A DNA stretch of 64,000 bases. It comes from an uncultured Candidatus Saccharibacteria bacterium (GTDB lineage: Bacteria > Patescibacteriota > Minisyncoccia > Phycocordibacterales > UBA9973). Made by a program: the position numbers and the translations under genes. How positions within the stretch are numbered: the stretch's first letter is position 1; the number at the start of each line of letters is the position of its first letter. Location of the stretch: positions 29,575-93,574 of the forward strand of contig CAZFSV010000003.1 of assembly GCA_964522195.1 (NCBI GenBank), in the 5' to 3' direction. Of the stretch, positions 1 through 9,363 are shown piece by piece. Under the pieces are notes generated by a model. It did no database searches and had not been told where the DNA came from. It saw only the letters and a list, made by a program, of their open reading frames with translations.

Positions 1-1
1 T

Positions 2-1768
2 GCTTATGGTGCTAAAGATATTTTACACGCTTATTCTTCTGGTCGTGGAGGTGTTGTTTGTCGTGGAGAAGCGGAAATAGTAGAACAAAAAGGAGGAATG
101 TATCAAATAATAATTACTTCTATTCCTTATAGAGTGAATAAAGCAAATTTAATCACAAGTATTGCTGAATTAGTTCAAGAGAAAAAGTTAGATGGTATCA
201 AAGGTCTTCGTGATGAATCAACAAAAGATATACGTATAGTTATAGATTTAAAATCTGGAGCTTATCCTGAAAAAGTTTTAAATTATATTTATAAAAATAC
301 TCAGTTAGAATCAAATTTTAATTTCAATATGCTTGCTTTGGTTGACGGAGTACCTCAAACATTGTCTTTGCATTCTATACTAGATAATTTTATTTCTCAT
401 AGAAAAGAAGTAGTTATTCGTCGTAGTCAATATGATTTACGAAAAGCCGAGGAAAGAGAACATATACTTTTAGGTCTTAAAAAAGCTTTAGATAAAATCG
501 ATAGAGTTATTACCATTATTCGTTCCTCTAAAGATAGTGCGACGGCAAAGGTAAATTTAATTAAAGAGTTTAAATTTTCAGACTTGCAAGCTACTGCAAT
601 TTTAGAAATGAAATTAGCAAAACTTGCAGGACTTGAAAGAAAAGCAATTGAAGATGAGTTGAAAGTAAAACAAGATTTTATTGCAGAAATGAAAGATTTA
701 CTTGCAAGCCCTAAGAAAATTTTGAAAGTTATTTCAACTGAATTAAAAGAGATTACTGATAAGTATAGGGATGAAAGAAGAACAAAAGTAGTAAAAGGTG
801 GAGTAAAAGAAATTAATGAGGAAGATTTAATTCCAGAAGAAGAAACTGTGTTGGTTTATACCTCTGGAGGATATGTTAAAAGAACAGACCCAAAAGAATA
901 TCATTCTCAAAAAAGAGGTGGTGTAGGGGTTATTGATCTTGAAACTAAAGAAGAAGATTTTGTAACTTTGCTTATAAATGGATCAACTCATGATGACTTA
1001 CTCTTTTTTACTAATTTAGGTAAAGCATATAGTATCAAAATGTATGATATTCCTGTAGGACGTAGAGCAACTAAAGGTAAATCTATTATGAATTTCTTAG
1101 CTCTCTCTTCTGAAGAGAAAGTAACATCTATTTTACCTACACCAAAAGCAAATGACAAAGACTCTTCTTTGATGCTTGTGACTCAAAACGGTACAGCAAA
1201 AAAGATGGCATCAGCAAGTTTTAAAGATGTCAGAAGGAGTGGTATTATTGCAATTAAGCTTGATAAAGATGATAGTCTAGTTTCTGCTTTTATTACTAAA
1301 AAAGGTGATAGTGTTATAGTTGCTACAGGCGAAGGTCAGTCTATTAGATTCAAAGAGTCAGATATCAGAGAAATGGGTAGAACAGCAGGAGGAGTAAGAG
1401 CTATTAAATTAGATAAAAAAGATGAAGTTATTAGCGTAGATGTTATTTTGAAAGAAATGGGAGATAAAGGATTTTTCTTAACGATGAGTGCAAATGGTTT
1501 AGGTAAAAAGACTTCACTTTCAGAATATAAAATTCAAAATAGAGGAGGATCTGGAATTAAAACAGCAAAAATAACTCCTAAAACTGGTAAATTAATTGTT
1601 GCAAAAGTAATAGGAGACGAACATGAAGAATTAATTGCTATGTCTAAAAAAGGACAAGTTATTCGTACAGCACTTAAAGATATTCCAGATCTTGGTCGCC
1701 AAACTCAAGGAGTTACAATTATGAGACTTAAAGGTGGAGACGGAATAGCATCACTTACTTGTTTTTAA
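2..1768 (+). CDS. gyrA: DNA gyrase subunit A, 5'-truncated by the window edge
   Basis: Frame is open from base 2 (AYGAKDILHAYSSGRGGVVCRG...). Contains EIPYxVNKA-like motif SIPYRVNKA, GyrA-box QKRGGVG and C-terminal pinwheel repeats (GRTAGGV, GRQTQGV). Confidence 0.97.
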   Translation, partial: AYGAKDILHAYSSGRGGVVCRGEAEIVEQKGGMYQIIITSIPYRVNKANLITSIAELVQEKKLDGIKGLRDESTKDIRIVIDLKSGAYPEKVLNYIYKNTQLESNFNFNMLALVDGVPQTLSLHSILDNFISHRKEVVIRRSQYDLRKAEEREHILLGLKKALDKIDRVITIIRSSKDSATAKVNLIKEFKFSDLQATAILEMKLAKLAGLERKAIEDELKVKQDFIAEMKDLLASPKKILKVISTELKEITDKYRDERRTKVVKGGVKEINEEDLIPEEETVLVYTSGGYVKRTDPKEYHSQKRGGVGVIDLETKEEDFVTLLINGSTHDDLLFFTNLGKAYSIKMYDIPVGRRATKGKSIMNFLALSSEEKVTSILPTPKANDKDSSLMLVTQNGTAKKMASASFKDVRRSGIIAIKLDKDDSLVSAFITKKGDSVIVATGEGQSIRFKESDIREMGRTAGGVRAIKLDKKDEVISVDVILKEMGDKGFFLTMSANGLGKKTSLSEYKIQNRGGSGIKTAKITPKTGKLIVAKVIGDEHEELIAMSKKGQVIRTALKDIPDLGRQTQGVTIMRLKGGDGIASLTCF

Positions 1769-1802
1769 AAAAATAAACCGAAGAAATTCGGTTTATTTTT
1801 TT
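1767..1802 (+). terminator. Intrinsic terminator after gyrA
   Basis: AAATAAACCGAA-GAAA-TTCGGTTTATTT stem followed by a T run. Confidence 0.85.
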
Positions 1803-1845
1803 AAAAAACTTTATTTTTATTTTCTAAAAGTGTTATAATTATATT

Positions 1846-2379
1846 GTGTTTATAAAACCTGAAGAAATTTTAAAATATTTAGATTTACATAAAGATATGG
1901 TCTTAGTTGATTTAGGAGCTGGGACTGGATTTTATTCTATTTTAGCAGCAAAATTTTTACCTGAAGGTACAGTTTATGCTATTGATATAAATAATGATTT
2001 TCTAAAAACCATTAATCAGAAAGCTCGAGATTTACACTTAGATAATATTAGAACAGTGGTAGGGGATTTAGAGGAATCTTATGGTAGTAAATTAAACGAC
2101 AATATTGCTGATAAAATAATTATTTCAAATATGTTTTTTCATATTAAAAATAAAGAAATTTTTTTTAAAGAAATAAATCGTATTTTAAAAAAAGGAGGAC
2201 AGGTATTGTTTGTTGATTATCATCCTAACTCATTAATTTTCGGTAAATTACATAAAAATCTTTTGCCAAAAGAAGAAATAATGGATTTGTTTCAAAAAAA
2301 TCATTTTTCTTTTAATAAAGAAATTTTTGCAGGAGAGCATCATTATGCTATTATTTTTAATAAGGATTTTAAAATATGA
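1846..2379 (+). CDS. Class I SAM-dependent methyltransferase
   Basis: Motif I VDLGAGTG, YAIDIN, and RILKKGGQVLFVD. Confidence 0.9.
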   Translation: MFIKPEEILKYLDLHKDMVLVDLGAGTGFYSILAAKFLPEGTVYAIDINNDFLKTINQKARDLHLDNIRTVVGDLEESYGSKLNDNIADKIIISNMFFHIKNKEIFFKEINRILKKGGQVLFVDYHPNSLIFGKLHKNLLPKEEIMDLFQKNHFSFNKEIFAGEHHYAIIFNKDFKI

Positions 2380-3665
2380 AAAATTTTCAATTAGTTTTAG
2401 TTATAATTTTTATTTTTGGTGGAATTTTAGGAATTTTAGTTTTTGCTGGTTTTATAAATTTAGATGATACTGCTGTAAATAAACAATTTTCTGGAACTGT
2501 TAAGGTTTGGGGTAGTATTCCTGGTTCAGTTATGGCACCTTTAATTGAAGATCTTAATAAAAATAAAACTTATAATATTAATTACTATTTTATAAACCCT
2601 AATACTTTTAATGAAGAATTACTTGAAGCTATTGCTTTGGGTCAAGGTCCAGATTTATTTTTAGTTTCTAATGATTCTATTTATGAACATATTAATAAAA
2701 TTTCAGTAATACCTTATACTAATTATCCTTTAGTAAACTTTAAAAATAATTTCGTGCAAGCAAGTGATGTTTTTTTAGTTAATGAAGGTGCGCTCGCTCT
2801 ACCTTTAGTTGTTGACCCATTAGTTCTTTACTATAATAGAAGTATTTTAGACTCAAATGGTACAGTTTTTCCACCTTATTTTTGGGAAGATTTAGAGGAT
2901 TATTCAGAAAAATTTACTAAAAAAGATGAAGCAGGACAAATAGAAAGGAGTGCTTTTGCTTTAGGTGTTTTCGATAACATCAATCACTCAAAAGATATTT
3001 TGTCGGCTATGTTTCTACAAACAGGTAATCCTATAATTCAAAAAGCAAAATACCTGTTTGAAAGTGTTTTGATTGCTAATTTAGATAACCAGAATAACAC
3101 AGCTCAAGCACTAGATTTTTATACAAGCTTTTCTAATCCTTTGAAGGATAATTATTCTTGGAATAAATCTTTTCCGAATTCGCTCGATATGTTTAGTAAA
3201 GAAGATTTAGTTTTTTATTTTGGTTTAGCAAGTGATTTTAAAATTTTAATAAATAAAAATCCAAATCAAAATTTTCAAATAGCAGAATTACCTCAATATA
3301 AAAACACTCAAAAAGCAACCTATGCTAAAGTTTTAGGGGTAGCTATGTCTAATTTCAGTAAGAATCAAGGGGCTGCATTTGATGCTATGTATTCTATGTC
3401 TGAGTCTAGCTTTGTAGGTCAAATTAGTAAAATAGAGAATTTGCCACCTGCCCGTAGAGATTTATTAAATCAAGGTTCTGCGAATTCGTATTTACCAGTA
3501 TTTTATTCTTCGGCTTTGTTCGCTAAAAGTTGGCTAGATCCTTCTTTTAGAGATACAAATATTGTTTTTAGGGCTATGGTTGATCAGGTTTTATCTAATG
3601 AAAGAGATGCAATTGAATCAATTACTGCAGCAAATAATCGTATTAATATTTTATTTAGAAATTAA
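2376..3665 (+). CDS. Membrane-anchored extracellular solute-binding protein (family 1-like)
   Basis: N-terminal TM segment; GQGPDLF and LPLVVDPLVLYYNR motifs typical of sugar-binding-protein folds. Confidence 0.75.
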   Translation: MKNFQLVLVIIFIFGGILGILVFAGFINLDDTAVNKQFSGTVKVWGSIPGSVMAPLIEDLNKNKTYNINYYFINPNTFNEELLEAIALGQGPDLFLVSNDSIYEHINKISVIPYTNYPLVNFKNNFVQASDVFLVNEGALALPLVVDPLVLYYNRSILDSNGTVFPPYFWEDLEDYSEKFTKKDEAGQIERSAFALGVFDNINHSKDILSAMFLQTGNPIIQKAKYLFESVLIANLDNQNNTAQALDFYTSFSNPLKDNYSWNKSFPNSLDMFSKEDLVFYFGLASDFKILINKNPNQNFQIAELPQYKNTQKATYAKVLGVAMSNFSKNQGAAFDAMYSMSESSFVGQISKIENLPPARRDLLNQGSANSYLPVFYSSALFAKSWLDPSFRDTNIVFRAMVDQVLSNERDAIESITAANNRINILFRN

Positions 3666-3668
3666 ATT

Positions 3669-4028
3669 ATGAAATTTATAACAACTTTTTTATTCATCTT
3701 TATTTTACCAATTACTAGTTTTGGAGCTGGTTTAGTATCTTGTGATGGGGTTACAGTAAAATGTGACTATGATGCTTTTATTGAATTAGTTAATAATGTT
3801 ATAAAATTTATCATGGTTAATCTAGCCTTACCTTTAGCTGCTATTGCTTTTGCTTATGCAGGATTTTTATTTTTAACTTCAGCTGAAAATCCAGGTCAAA
3901 GAACTCAAGCTAAAAGTATATTTACAAATGTACTTATTGGTCTTTTGTTAATTGGAACCGCTTTCCTTTTAGTAAAATTAGTCTTAGAGATTTTAAAATA
4001 CAAAAACGCTGGATCTCTTGGTTTTTAG
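3669..4028 (+). CDS. VirB2/TrbC-like pilin 1
   Basis: Signal-like N terminus, Cys pair, two TM helices joined by YAGF..TSAENP..AK motif. Confidence 0.75.
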   Translation: MKFITTFLFIFILPITSFGAGLVSCDGVTVKCDYDAFIELVNNVIKFIMVNLALPLAAIAFAYAGFLFLTSAENPGQRTQAKSIFTNVLIGLLLIGTAFLLVKLVLEILKYKNAGSLGF

Positions 4029-4052
4029 AATTAAAATAGTTATAATTTATAT

Positions 4053-4427
4053 ATGAAAAATTTATTTATTAAAAATTTGCAAAAATATTTCTTGATTTTT
4101 ACTTTCTTGCTTTTACCTTTAGTTTCTTTAGCTGATGGTACTCAGCCAAGTGGAGGAACCACAACCCTAAAAAATCCTTTAGAATATGAAACCATAAATG
4201 AATTTCTTAAAGCCATAGTTGAAGGTGTACTTAAATTAGGTATTCCTATTATTGTGCTTGCTATTATTTATTCTGGATTTTTATTTGTGACTGCTTTAGG
4301 TAATCCAACTAAATTAGAGAAAGCAAAAGAAGCCTTTCTTTATACAGTTATAGGCGCAGCTATTCTTCTGGGGTCTTGGGGCCTTGCTCAATTAATATCA
4401 GAAACAATTATTCAAATTAGTAAATAA
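4053..4427 (+). CDS. VirB2/TrbC-like pilin 2
   Basis: Signal peptide, LKNPL, and IIYSGFLFVTALGNPTKLEKAKEAFLYTVIGAAILLGSWG. Confidence 0.8.
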   Translation: MKNLFIKNLQKYFLIFTFLLLPLVSLADGTQPSGGTTTLKNPLEYETINEFLKAIVEGVLKLGIPIIVLAIIYSGFLFVTALGNPTKLEKAKEAFLYTVIGAAILLGSWGLAQLISETIIQISK

Positions 4428-4442
4428 TTATATATAAAAAAT

Positions 4443-4901
4443 ATGAAAAACCTTAAATACAAATTTATAAATCTAGCTTTTATTCTTTTGTTTAGTGTTA
4501 TGCCTTTGATGTCTTTCGCTCAATTAGGTACTGATCTAGGGGCTGATGATAATGTTGATTATTATAATGGTAATACCTCACCTTCCTCATCTTCTTCTAG
4601 TAATTTGAGTTGCTCTGTTGGTCAAGAACCTACAATAGCTAGTATTTTTGATTATATGCTTTGTATTATAAACCGATCTATAATTCCTTTAATATTCGGC
4701 TTAGCTACTTTATTATTCATTTGGGGTGTAGTTAAATTTGTATTAAATACAGATAATGAAAGTGAAAGAGAAAAAGGTAAGGAATTCATGATTTGGGGAA
4801 TTATAGCTCTTACAGTCATGATAACTGTTTGGGGAATTGTAAATTTGCTTGGTAGTAGTTTTGGCTTAGATACAAAATATATACCATCCGTAAAACCTTA
4901 A
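4443..4901 (+). CDS. VirB2/TrbC-like pilin 3
   Basis: FIWGVVKF..E.EREKGKEFMIWGIIALTVMITVWGIV; variable Ser-rich N terminus with a Cys pair. Confidence 0.8.
   Translation: MKNLKYKFINLAFILLFSVMPLMSFAQLGTDLGADDNVDYYNGNTSPSSSSSSNLSCSVGQEPTIASIFDYMLCIINRSIIPLIFGLATLLFIWGVVKFVLNTDNESEREKGKEFMIWGIIALTVMITVWGIVNLLGSSFGLDTKYIPSVKP
4758..4840 (+). repeat. 83-nt exact direct repeat, copy 1 (copy 2 at 5158-5240)
   Basis: GAAAGTGAAAGAG...GGGGAATTGT is identical in pilins 3 and 4, offset 400 nt. Confidence 0.95.
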
Positions 4902-4905
4902 TTGT

Positions 4906-5301
4906 ATGAAAAATTTTAAATATAAATTTTTAAATGTTTTATTTATAGCCTTACTTTTGTTTACTGATAATATTGCTTTTGCTCAAAATTCTAATAACTC
5001 TTGTTCTGTTTCTAAAGCAGGAGCAAAAACAACTTTTAAGAGTTTATTAGAATATTTTACTTGTATTATTAATTCCTCTATTATTCCTTTTTTATTTGCT
5101 ATTGCTATTATTGCTTTTCTGTGGGGTGTAGTCCAGTTTTTCTTAAATGGAGAGAACGAAAGTGAAAGAGAAAAAGGTAAGGAATTCATGATTTGGGGAA
5201 TTATAGCTCTTACAGTCATGATAACTGTTTGGGGAATTGTGGCTATTGTGGGAGGAAGTTTTGGCTTTGAGGTTGATGTTATTCCACAGGTGGGTCTATA
5301 A
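4906..5301 (+). CDS. VirB2/TrbC-like pilin 4
   Basis: Paralog of pilin 3 with an identical C-terminal core. Confidence 0.8.
   Translation: MKNFKYKFLNVLFIALLLFTDNIAFAQNSNNSCSVSKAGAKTTFKSLLEYFTCIINSSIIPFLFAIAIIAFLWGVVQFFLNGENESEREKGKEFMIWGIIALTVMITVWGIVAIVGGSFGFEVDVIPQVGL
5158..5240 (+). repeat. 83-nt exact direct repeat, copy 2
   Basis: Identical to 4758-4840. Confidence 0.95.
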
Positions 5302-5442
5302 ATTGCTTTATTTTAAATAACCCTATGATATAATTTAATTAACCTAGTATTTAGGAAATAGAAAAGGTCGATATTCAAAAATAAATAAAATTAAAAATTA
5401 TCAGTTAATTTCTTTAAAAAGAAATAAATTTAAATAAAAAAT

Positions 5443-5880
5443 ATGAAGAAAAAATTAATTAGTTTAGGTTTAGTAACAAGTTTAGTTTTAATGTTTGCAA
5501 TGTTTGCTTTACCAGTTGCTACTACTTTTGCGCAAGCACAACAAAATGTTGAAGGAGATTGTGCTTCTATAAATGAAGCTAACCCTTTGCAAGTTTTCTT
5601 GTGTAGAATTGCATTGCTTCTAAACTCAGCAATACCTGTTATGATTACTCTTGCTGTAGTTTACTTTATTTGGGGTGTTATTACTTATGTTATTGCTGAA
5701 GAAGAAGAAGCTAAAACAAAAGGTAGAGATAAAATGATTTGGGGTATTATAGGACTTGCTGTTATCGTTTCTGTTTGGGGTCTTGTGAATTTCTTGAAAG
5801 GTTTCGTTGGAATCGGAGATTCTAATGTTGTTAATATTCCTTGTATTCCAGGTCCAGGTATTACTTGTCCACAACAATAA
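5443..5880 (+). CDS. VirB2/TrbC-like pilin 5
   Basis: YFIWGVITYV..KTKGRDKMIWGIIGLAVIVSVWGLV; has its own TGnTATAAT promoter at about 5326-5334. Confidence 0.8.
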   Translation: MKKKLISLGLVTSLVLMFAMFALPVATTFAQAQQNVEGDCASINEANPLQVFLCRIALLLNSAIPVMITLAVVYFIWGVITYVIAEEEEAKTKGRDKMIWGIIGLAVIVSVWGLVNFLKGFVGIGDSNVVNIPCIPGPGITCPQQ

Positions 5881-5887
5881 ACTTAAA

Positions 5888-6220
5888 ATGTATTTACTTT
5901 TATTTTTATTACCAAATATTGCCCTAGCTTCATTTGATTCATTTTTAAATAATGTAAATAATTTAATAGTGAATCCATTGATAAATTTCTTGTTTGCAGT
6001 TGCTTTAGTTTTTTTCCTTTATGGATTGTTTAACTTTATAGCAAATGGAGATAATGAAAGTATTCGCACTGAAGGTAAAAGTCATATGCTATACGGAATT
6101 ATTGGTATGGTTATTATGATGGGGGTTTGGGGAATTACAAATTTACTTATCAATACTTTAGAAATTGAAGGTATTGATCCGGAAAAAGGTGAAGTAAATT
6201 TAGAGGATTTTCCAGAATAA
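5888..6220 (+). CDS. VirB2/TrbC-like pilin 6 (start moved to ATG 5888)
   Basis: MYLLLFLLPNIALA signal; EGKSHMLYGIIGMVIMMGVWGI; the revised start removes the overlap with pilin 5. Confidence 0.75.
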   Translation: MYLLLFLLPNIALASFDSFLNNVNNLIVNPLINFLFAVALVFFLYGLFNFIANGDNESIRTEGKSHMLYGIIGMVIMMGVWGITNLLINTLEIEGIDPEKGEVNLEDFPE

Positions 6221-6224
6221 AAAT

Positions 6225-6260
6225 AAACTAAAAACTCTCTTTTCAGAGAGTTTTTAGTTT
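6225..6260 (+). terminator. Terminator of the pilin array
   Basis: AAACTAAAAACTCTCT-TTTC-AGAGAGTTTTTAGTTT. Confidence 0.8.
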
Positions 6261-6282
6261 GTGGATTTTAATATAAAAATAA

Positions 6283-6312
6283 AAAAAGGTTTCGCTTAAG
6301 CGAAACCTTTTT
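6283..6312 (-). terminator. Terminator of the convergent minus-strand operon
   Basis: AAAAAGGTTTCGC-TTAA-GCGAAACCTTTTT. Confidence 0.8.
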
Positions 6313-6317
6313 GGGTT

Positions 6318-6929
6318 TTAATAATAAACAATTTCCACCGCTGTTGTGTTATCGTTTATTTTTTCAAAAATGTACTTATTTGTACCAAATTTTTTAGGGT
6401 AGTAATTATCTACCCCGGGGCAATCTTCCTTTGGTTGTTCTCCGGGAGCTGTATATAATACACAGCCACCTTTTGGATAAAATTTGAATGGTGGAGTAAG
6501 GTCTTTTTCAATAATCTTACTATTACCAAAATACAAATACTCACTCCGAGGTCTTTGTGAAATATTTTGATTATTAGTTTTTGTTGTGTCATTTTTCAAA
6601 GAATTTTTAATATCATTTCCTTTGAAATAGATTATTAAAAAAAAGAAACAACTAAGATATAAAGCCCAAGCATAGTCCCATTTCCAAATGTATTGGAACA
6701 GAGAAAGAATTACCATAAAAATCAACACAAACCATAATTCCCACATTTTCTCTGGTCCAATTATGTAATACAGCAAACCAAACCAAAATGTGTTCCACAT
6801 CATGGCCGAAAAAAGCATTTGGATATCGTATTTTTTTACTCCACCTGTATTTAAATTTTGATTTTTTAAAAAAGCAAAATAAATAATTACAAGTAGTACA
6901 AGAATACTTATTCCTAAAAAAATTTCCAT
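6318..6929 (-). CDS. Hypothetical multi-TM membrane protein
   Basis: 203-aa ORF, about four hydrophobic helices and a soluble C-terminal tail; no family recognised. Confidence 0.65.
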   Translation of the reverse strand: MEIFLGISILVLLVIIYFAFLKNQNLNTGGVKKYDIQMLFSAMMWNTFWFGLLYYIIGPEKMWELWFVLIFMVILSLFQYIWKWDYAWALYLSCFFFLIIYFKGNDIKNSLKNDTTKTNNQNISQRPRSEYLYFGNSKIIEKDLTPPFKFYPKGGCVLYTAPGEQPKEDCPGVDNYYPKKFGTNKYIFEKINDNTTAVEIVYY

Positions 6930-6955
6930 TTTTTTTGTTTTTAAAAGTTAAAGAA

Positions 6956-7876
6956 TTAGATACCAATATTGGTATTTGTGTTTCCTAAAACCAAAGTCCC
7001 TTGATGTTTTTCAATTCCCTGACTTTGTTTTAAACTCATAACAGCTGCCAAAATCTCTTTTGGATTTGCTCCTGTTTTTTGTAATCTATCAATCAAAGAA
7101 TCTATTTCAGCCACCGCTTGCTTACTTCTGTAGTTAGCATCCGCATCCGCATCAATTCTACGAGCTTCTGCGCGTAAATCCGCTATGGCTTTTGCATTAG
7201 CTGCCTCCAGTAAAGCGTTATCAGCACTATATTCACTGATATTAAAAGCAGTTGCAATTGCTCCCGTGTTTAATTTCAAAATTTCATTAAGTTTACTTAA
7301 GTCTCCTGAAATAGGGTCATTAAGTAAATTTTTGAAAAAATTAGATCCTTCACCTTTGTCTTCATTAATAAATTCAGTTAAATTGTCAATGTTTTTAACC
7401 AAATCATTAACCTTTGAGGAAATTATAGTTATTAAAGCCCTGTAATTACCTTTTAAGTTAAAAACAAATATTTTAGGTTCTTCAAATTTTAAAATCACGT
7501 TTACTAAAAGACTAATTTTTGTTCTGTCTTTTAGCTCTACGTCGCTCATTAAGATCGGCAGTGTTACAATCTTGCGAAGAGTGCCTGTTTCAAAGTTTTC
7601 TTCGTGAGAAATCCAGGTCTTTGGATCTTCTGGTTTTCTGTCCGGATTTAGCTTATATTTGTTTATCACAAAATTATGAACTTTGTGAATAAACCTAAAG
7701 CCAACCCAATAATACCCAAAAATATGGAAATGTTTATTAGGGTCGTCACCATCTATTGTTTTTACCCAGGTTTCTCCTTGAACTATAAACTTATAGTTGC
7801 CGGATTCAACTGTAGTGAAATTGTAGGACATGATTGCAAGAATTAAAATCCAAATACAAATAATTGTTAGTGTCAT
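6956..7876 (-). CDS. Probable SPFH/band-7-like membrane protein
   Basis: N-terminal TM, DVELKDRTKISLLVNVILK segment and Ala-rich coiled coil (AKAIADLRAEARRIDADADA). Confidence 0.55.
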   Translation of the reverse strand: MTLTIICIWILILAIMSYNFTTVESGNYKFIVQGETWVKTIDGDDPNKHFHIFGYYWVGFRFIHKVHNFVINKYKLNPDRKPEDPKTWISHEENFETGTLRKIVTLPILMSDVELKDRTKISLLVNVILKFEEPKIFVFNLKGNYRALITIISSKVNDLVKNIDNLTEFINEDKGEGSNFFKNLLNDPISGDLSKLNEILKLNTGAIATAFNISEYSADNALLEAANAKAIADLRAEARRIDADADANYRSKQAVAEIDSLIDRLQKTGANPKEILAAVMSLKQSQGIEKHQGTLVLGNTNTNIGI

Positions 7877-7892
7877 TTTTTAAAATTTTAAA

Positions 7893-8024
7893 AAGTTAAT
7901 AAATAGTTTTTGGAAGAATAGAATAGGGAATTATTCCGCCGAAAACTATTTATTAACTTAAAAATCTCTTTGTCAAAGTACTATTTTCTTTGTATATAAT
8001 ATCATAAAATAACAAAAAAGTCAA
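7893..8024 (-). promoter_or_regulatory. Sigma70 promoter, boxA-like motif and long leader hairpin
   Basis: Minus strand TTGACT-17-TATTAT, then GTACTTTGACAA (7970-7981), then an 18-bp inverted repeat at 7893-7910/7942-7959 just before the ATG. Confidence 0.65.
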
Positions 8025-8046
8025 TCTTTTTGATTGACTTTTTTGT
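8012..8046 (-). terminator. Terminator after the IPT/TIG gene, overlapping the next -35 box
   Basis: ACAAAAAAGTCAATC-TTTTT-GATTGACTTTTTTGT. Confidence 0.75.
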
Positions 8047-8065
8047 GTTTAATTATAATTATTTA

Positions 8066-8905
8066 TTAAGCGTGTTTTAGAGGTTGATTGATTTCTCTTT
8101 CTGTTACCCAGAGTTTTCTGAAAAGTAATACTCCTAAGAATACAAGAACGAAAAGCATTAACCATCCAAGGAAACTATCAGGCATAAAACCTTTCACACT
8201 ACTTGATACACTTGCTGTTAATTTTGTATTTGAATCATTATCATTTGTAGTCGCAGATGCTAAACAATTAGTATTTTCTGCTACAGCTACTTTTTTAGGT
8301 TCTTCTTTTTTAACGACTGTTTTTGCTGGTGTTTTCTTTGCTACTGTTGTGTTAGCTGTTTTTGTAGTACTTGCTTTTGTTGTTGTAGCACTTTTTACTG
8401 TTCCTGTTTTTCCTTCAAGTAAAGTTATGATTTTAGGATTTGAGAACACTCCACCTTCAGTACTCGGATTAACAACTGTCACAATATATTTTCCTGGTGT
8501 TTTAGTATCTCCACTATCAAGACGCATTTTTAATTGATTTGCACTTACAAAAGTAGTAGGGCGGTCTTGACTGTTAAAGCGTGCAATTGAGTCTGGTTTG
8601 AAACCTGTACCATAGATTGTAATAGTTTTTATATCATCCCCAGTGTAAGCTTCTTCTGGATTTATTGAATATATGGTAGGTACTTTGTTTTTGTCTAAAA
8701 CATTAGGATTAAAGTTTGAATTGTTATTTGTATTATTGCCTGTTGTGTTTATAGTACTAGTTCCATTACATGGTCCGTCACAATAAGTATAAGCTCCTAG
8801 TGTTAGATAAGCTTCAGCTGCAGTAGGAGAAAGAAAAGCTGAAAATACAAGGAAACCAAAAGCTAAAAATCCAAATATTAAATTGTTTGTATTTTTATTA
8901 TTCAT
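8066..8905 (-). CDS. Surface protein with IPT/TIG (Ig-like) domain and C-terminal TM anchor
   Basis: PTIYSINPE..ITIYGTGF..S.ARFN..TTFVSANQL..VTVVNP; Thr/Lys-rich linker. Confidence 0.8.
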   Translation of the reverse strand: MNNKNTNNLIFGFLAFGFLVFSAFLSPTAAEAYLTLGAYTYCDGPCNGTSTINTTGNNTNNNSNFNPNVLDKNKVPTIYSINPEEAYTGDDIKTITIYGTGFKPDSIARFNSQDRPTTFVSANQLKMRLDSGDTKTPGKYIVTVVNPSTEGGVFSNPKIITLLEGKTGTVKSATTTKASTTKTANTTVAKKTPAKTVVKKEEPKKVAVAENTNCLASATTNDNDSNTKLTASVSSSVKGFMPDSFLGWLMLFVLVFLGVLLFRKLWVTEREINQPLKHA

Positions 8906-8986
8906 ACCTATAGTATAGCATATTTAAATATATTTGTCAAGTCTTTGTTTTTTCTTATTTTTTATGTATAATTTCTTTATCCTTTT

Positions 8987-9068
8987 GCCTGAGTGGCGGA
9001 ATTGGTATACGCGCACGACTTAAAATCGTGTCTCGCAAGGGATGTGGGTTCGACCCCCACCTCAGGCA
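8987..9068 (+). tRNA. tRNA-Leu(TAA)
   Basis: Cloverleaf GCCTGAG/CTCAGGC; anticodon arm CACGA-CTTAAAA-TCGTG; long variable arm. Confidence 0.96.
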
Positions 9069-9090
9069 CAAAATATTAAATATTTTTAGG

Positions 9091-9114
9091 TATGCGCCCA
9101 TAGCTGTTTTGGTA
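9091..9114 (+). repeat. Upstream degenerate copy of the tRNA-Lys 5' end
   Basis: TATGCGCCCATAGCT is identical to 9165-9179, followed by a TGGTAG remnant. Confidence 0.75.
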
Positions 9115-9167
9115 GGTCGTTAGATAAATAGTAAAATAAAAGTTTAATTTAAAAATAAATATAATAT

Positions 9168-9240
9168 GCGCCCATAGCTCAGCTGGTAGAGCAGATCCCT
9201 CTTAAGGATAAGGTCCAAGGTTCGATCCCTTGTGGGCGCA
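9168..9240 (+). tRNA. tRNA-Lys(CTT)
   Basis: GCGCCCA/TGGGCGC acceptor stem; loop CTCTTAA; TTCGA T-loop. Confidence 0.95.
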
Positions 9241-9330
9241 CAAAGCATGTTATGCTTTGTGCGAATAGCAGGCACGATTGATGCCGAGACGGGGTAGCGA
9301 GATTTTTCAGCAGAAAAATACTTGTGACTA
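9241..9330 (+). repeat. Partial tRNA-associated structured element
   Basis: AGCAGGCA..TGCC and GGGGTAGCGAGATTTTTC..GAAAAATACTTGTGAC, similar to the elements at 9446-9627 and 47248-47428. Confidence 0.7.
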
Positions 9331-9363
9331 CAAAGTAATTATATATGTTAGTATATAAATTTT

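Noticed and set aside
2-1768. parC instead of gyrA
   Set aside because: An intact GyrA-box (QKRGGVG) is present
4758-5240. Diversity-generating retroelement TR/VR pair
   Set aside because: The copies are identical with no adenine-specific mismatches, and there is no reverse transcriptase in the window
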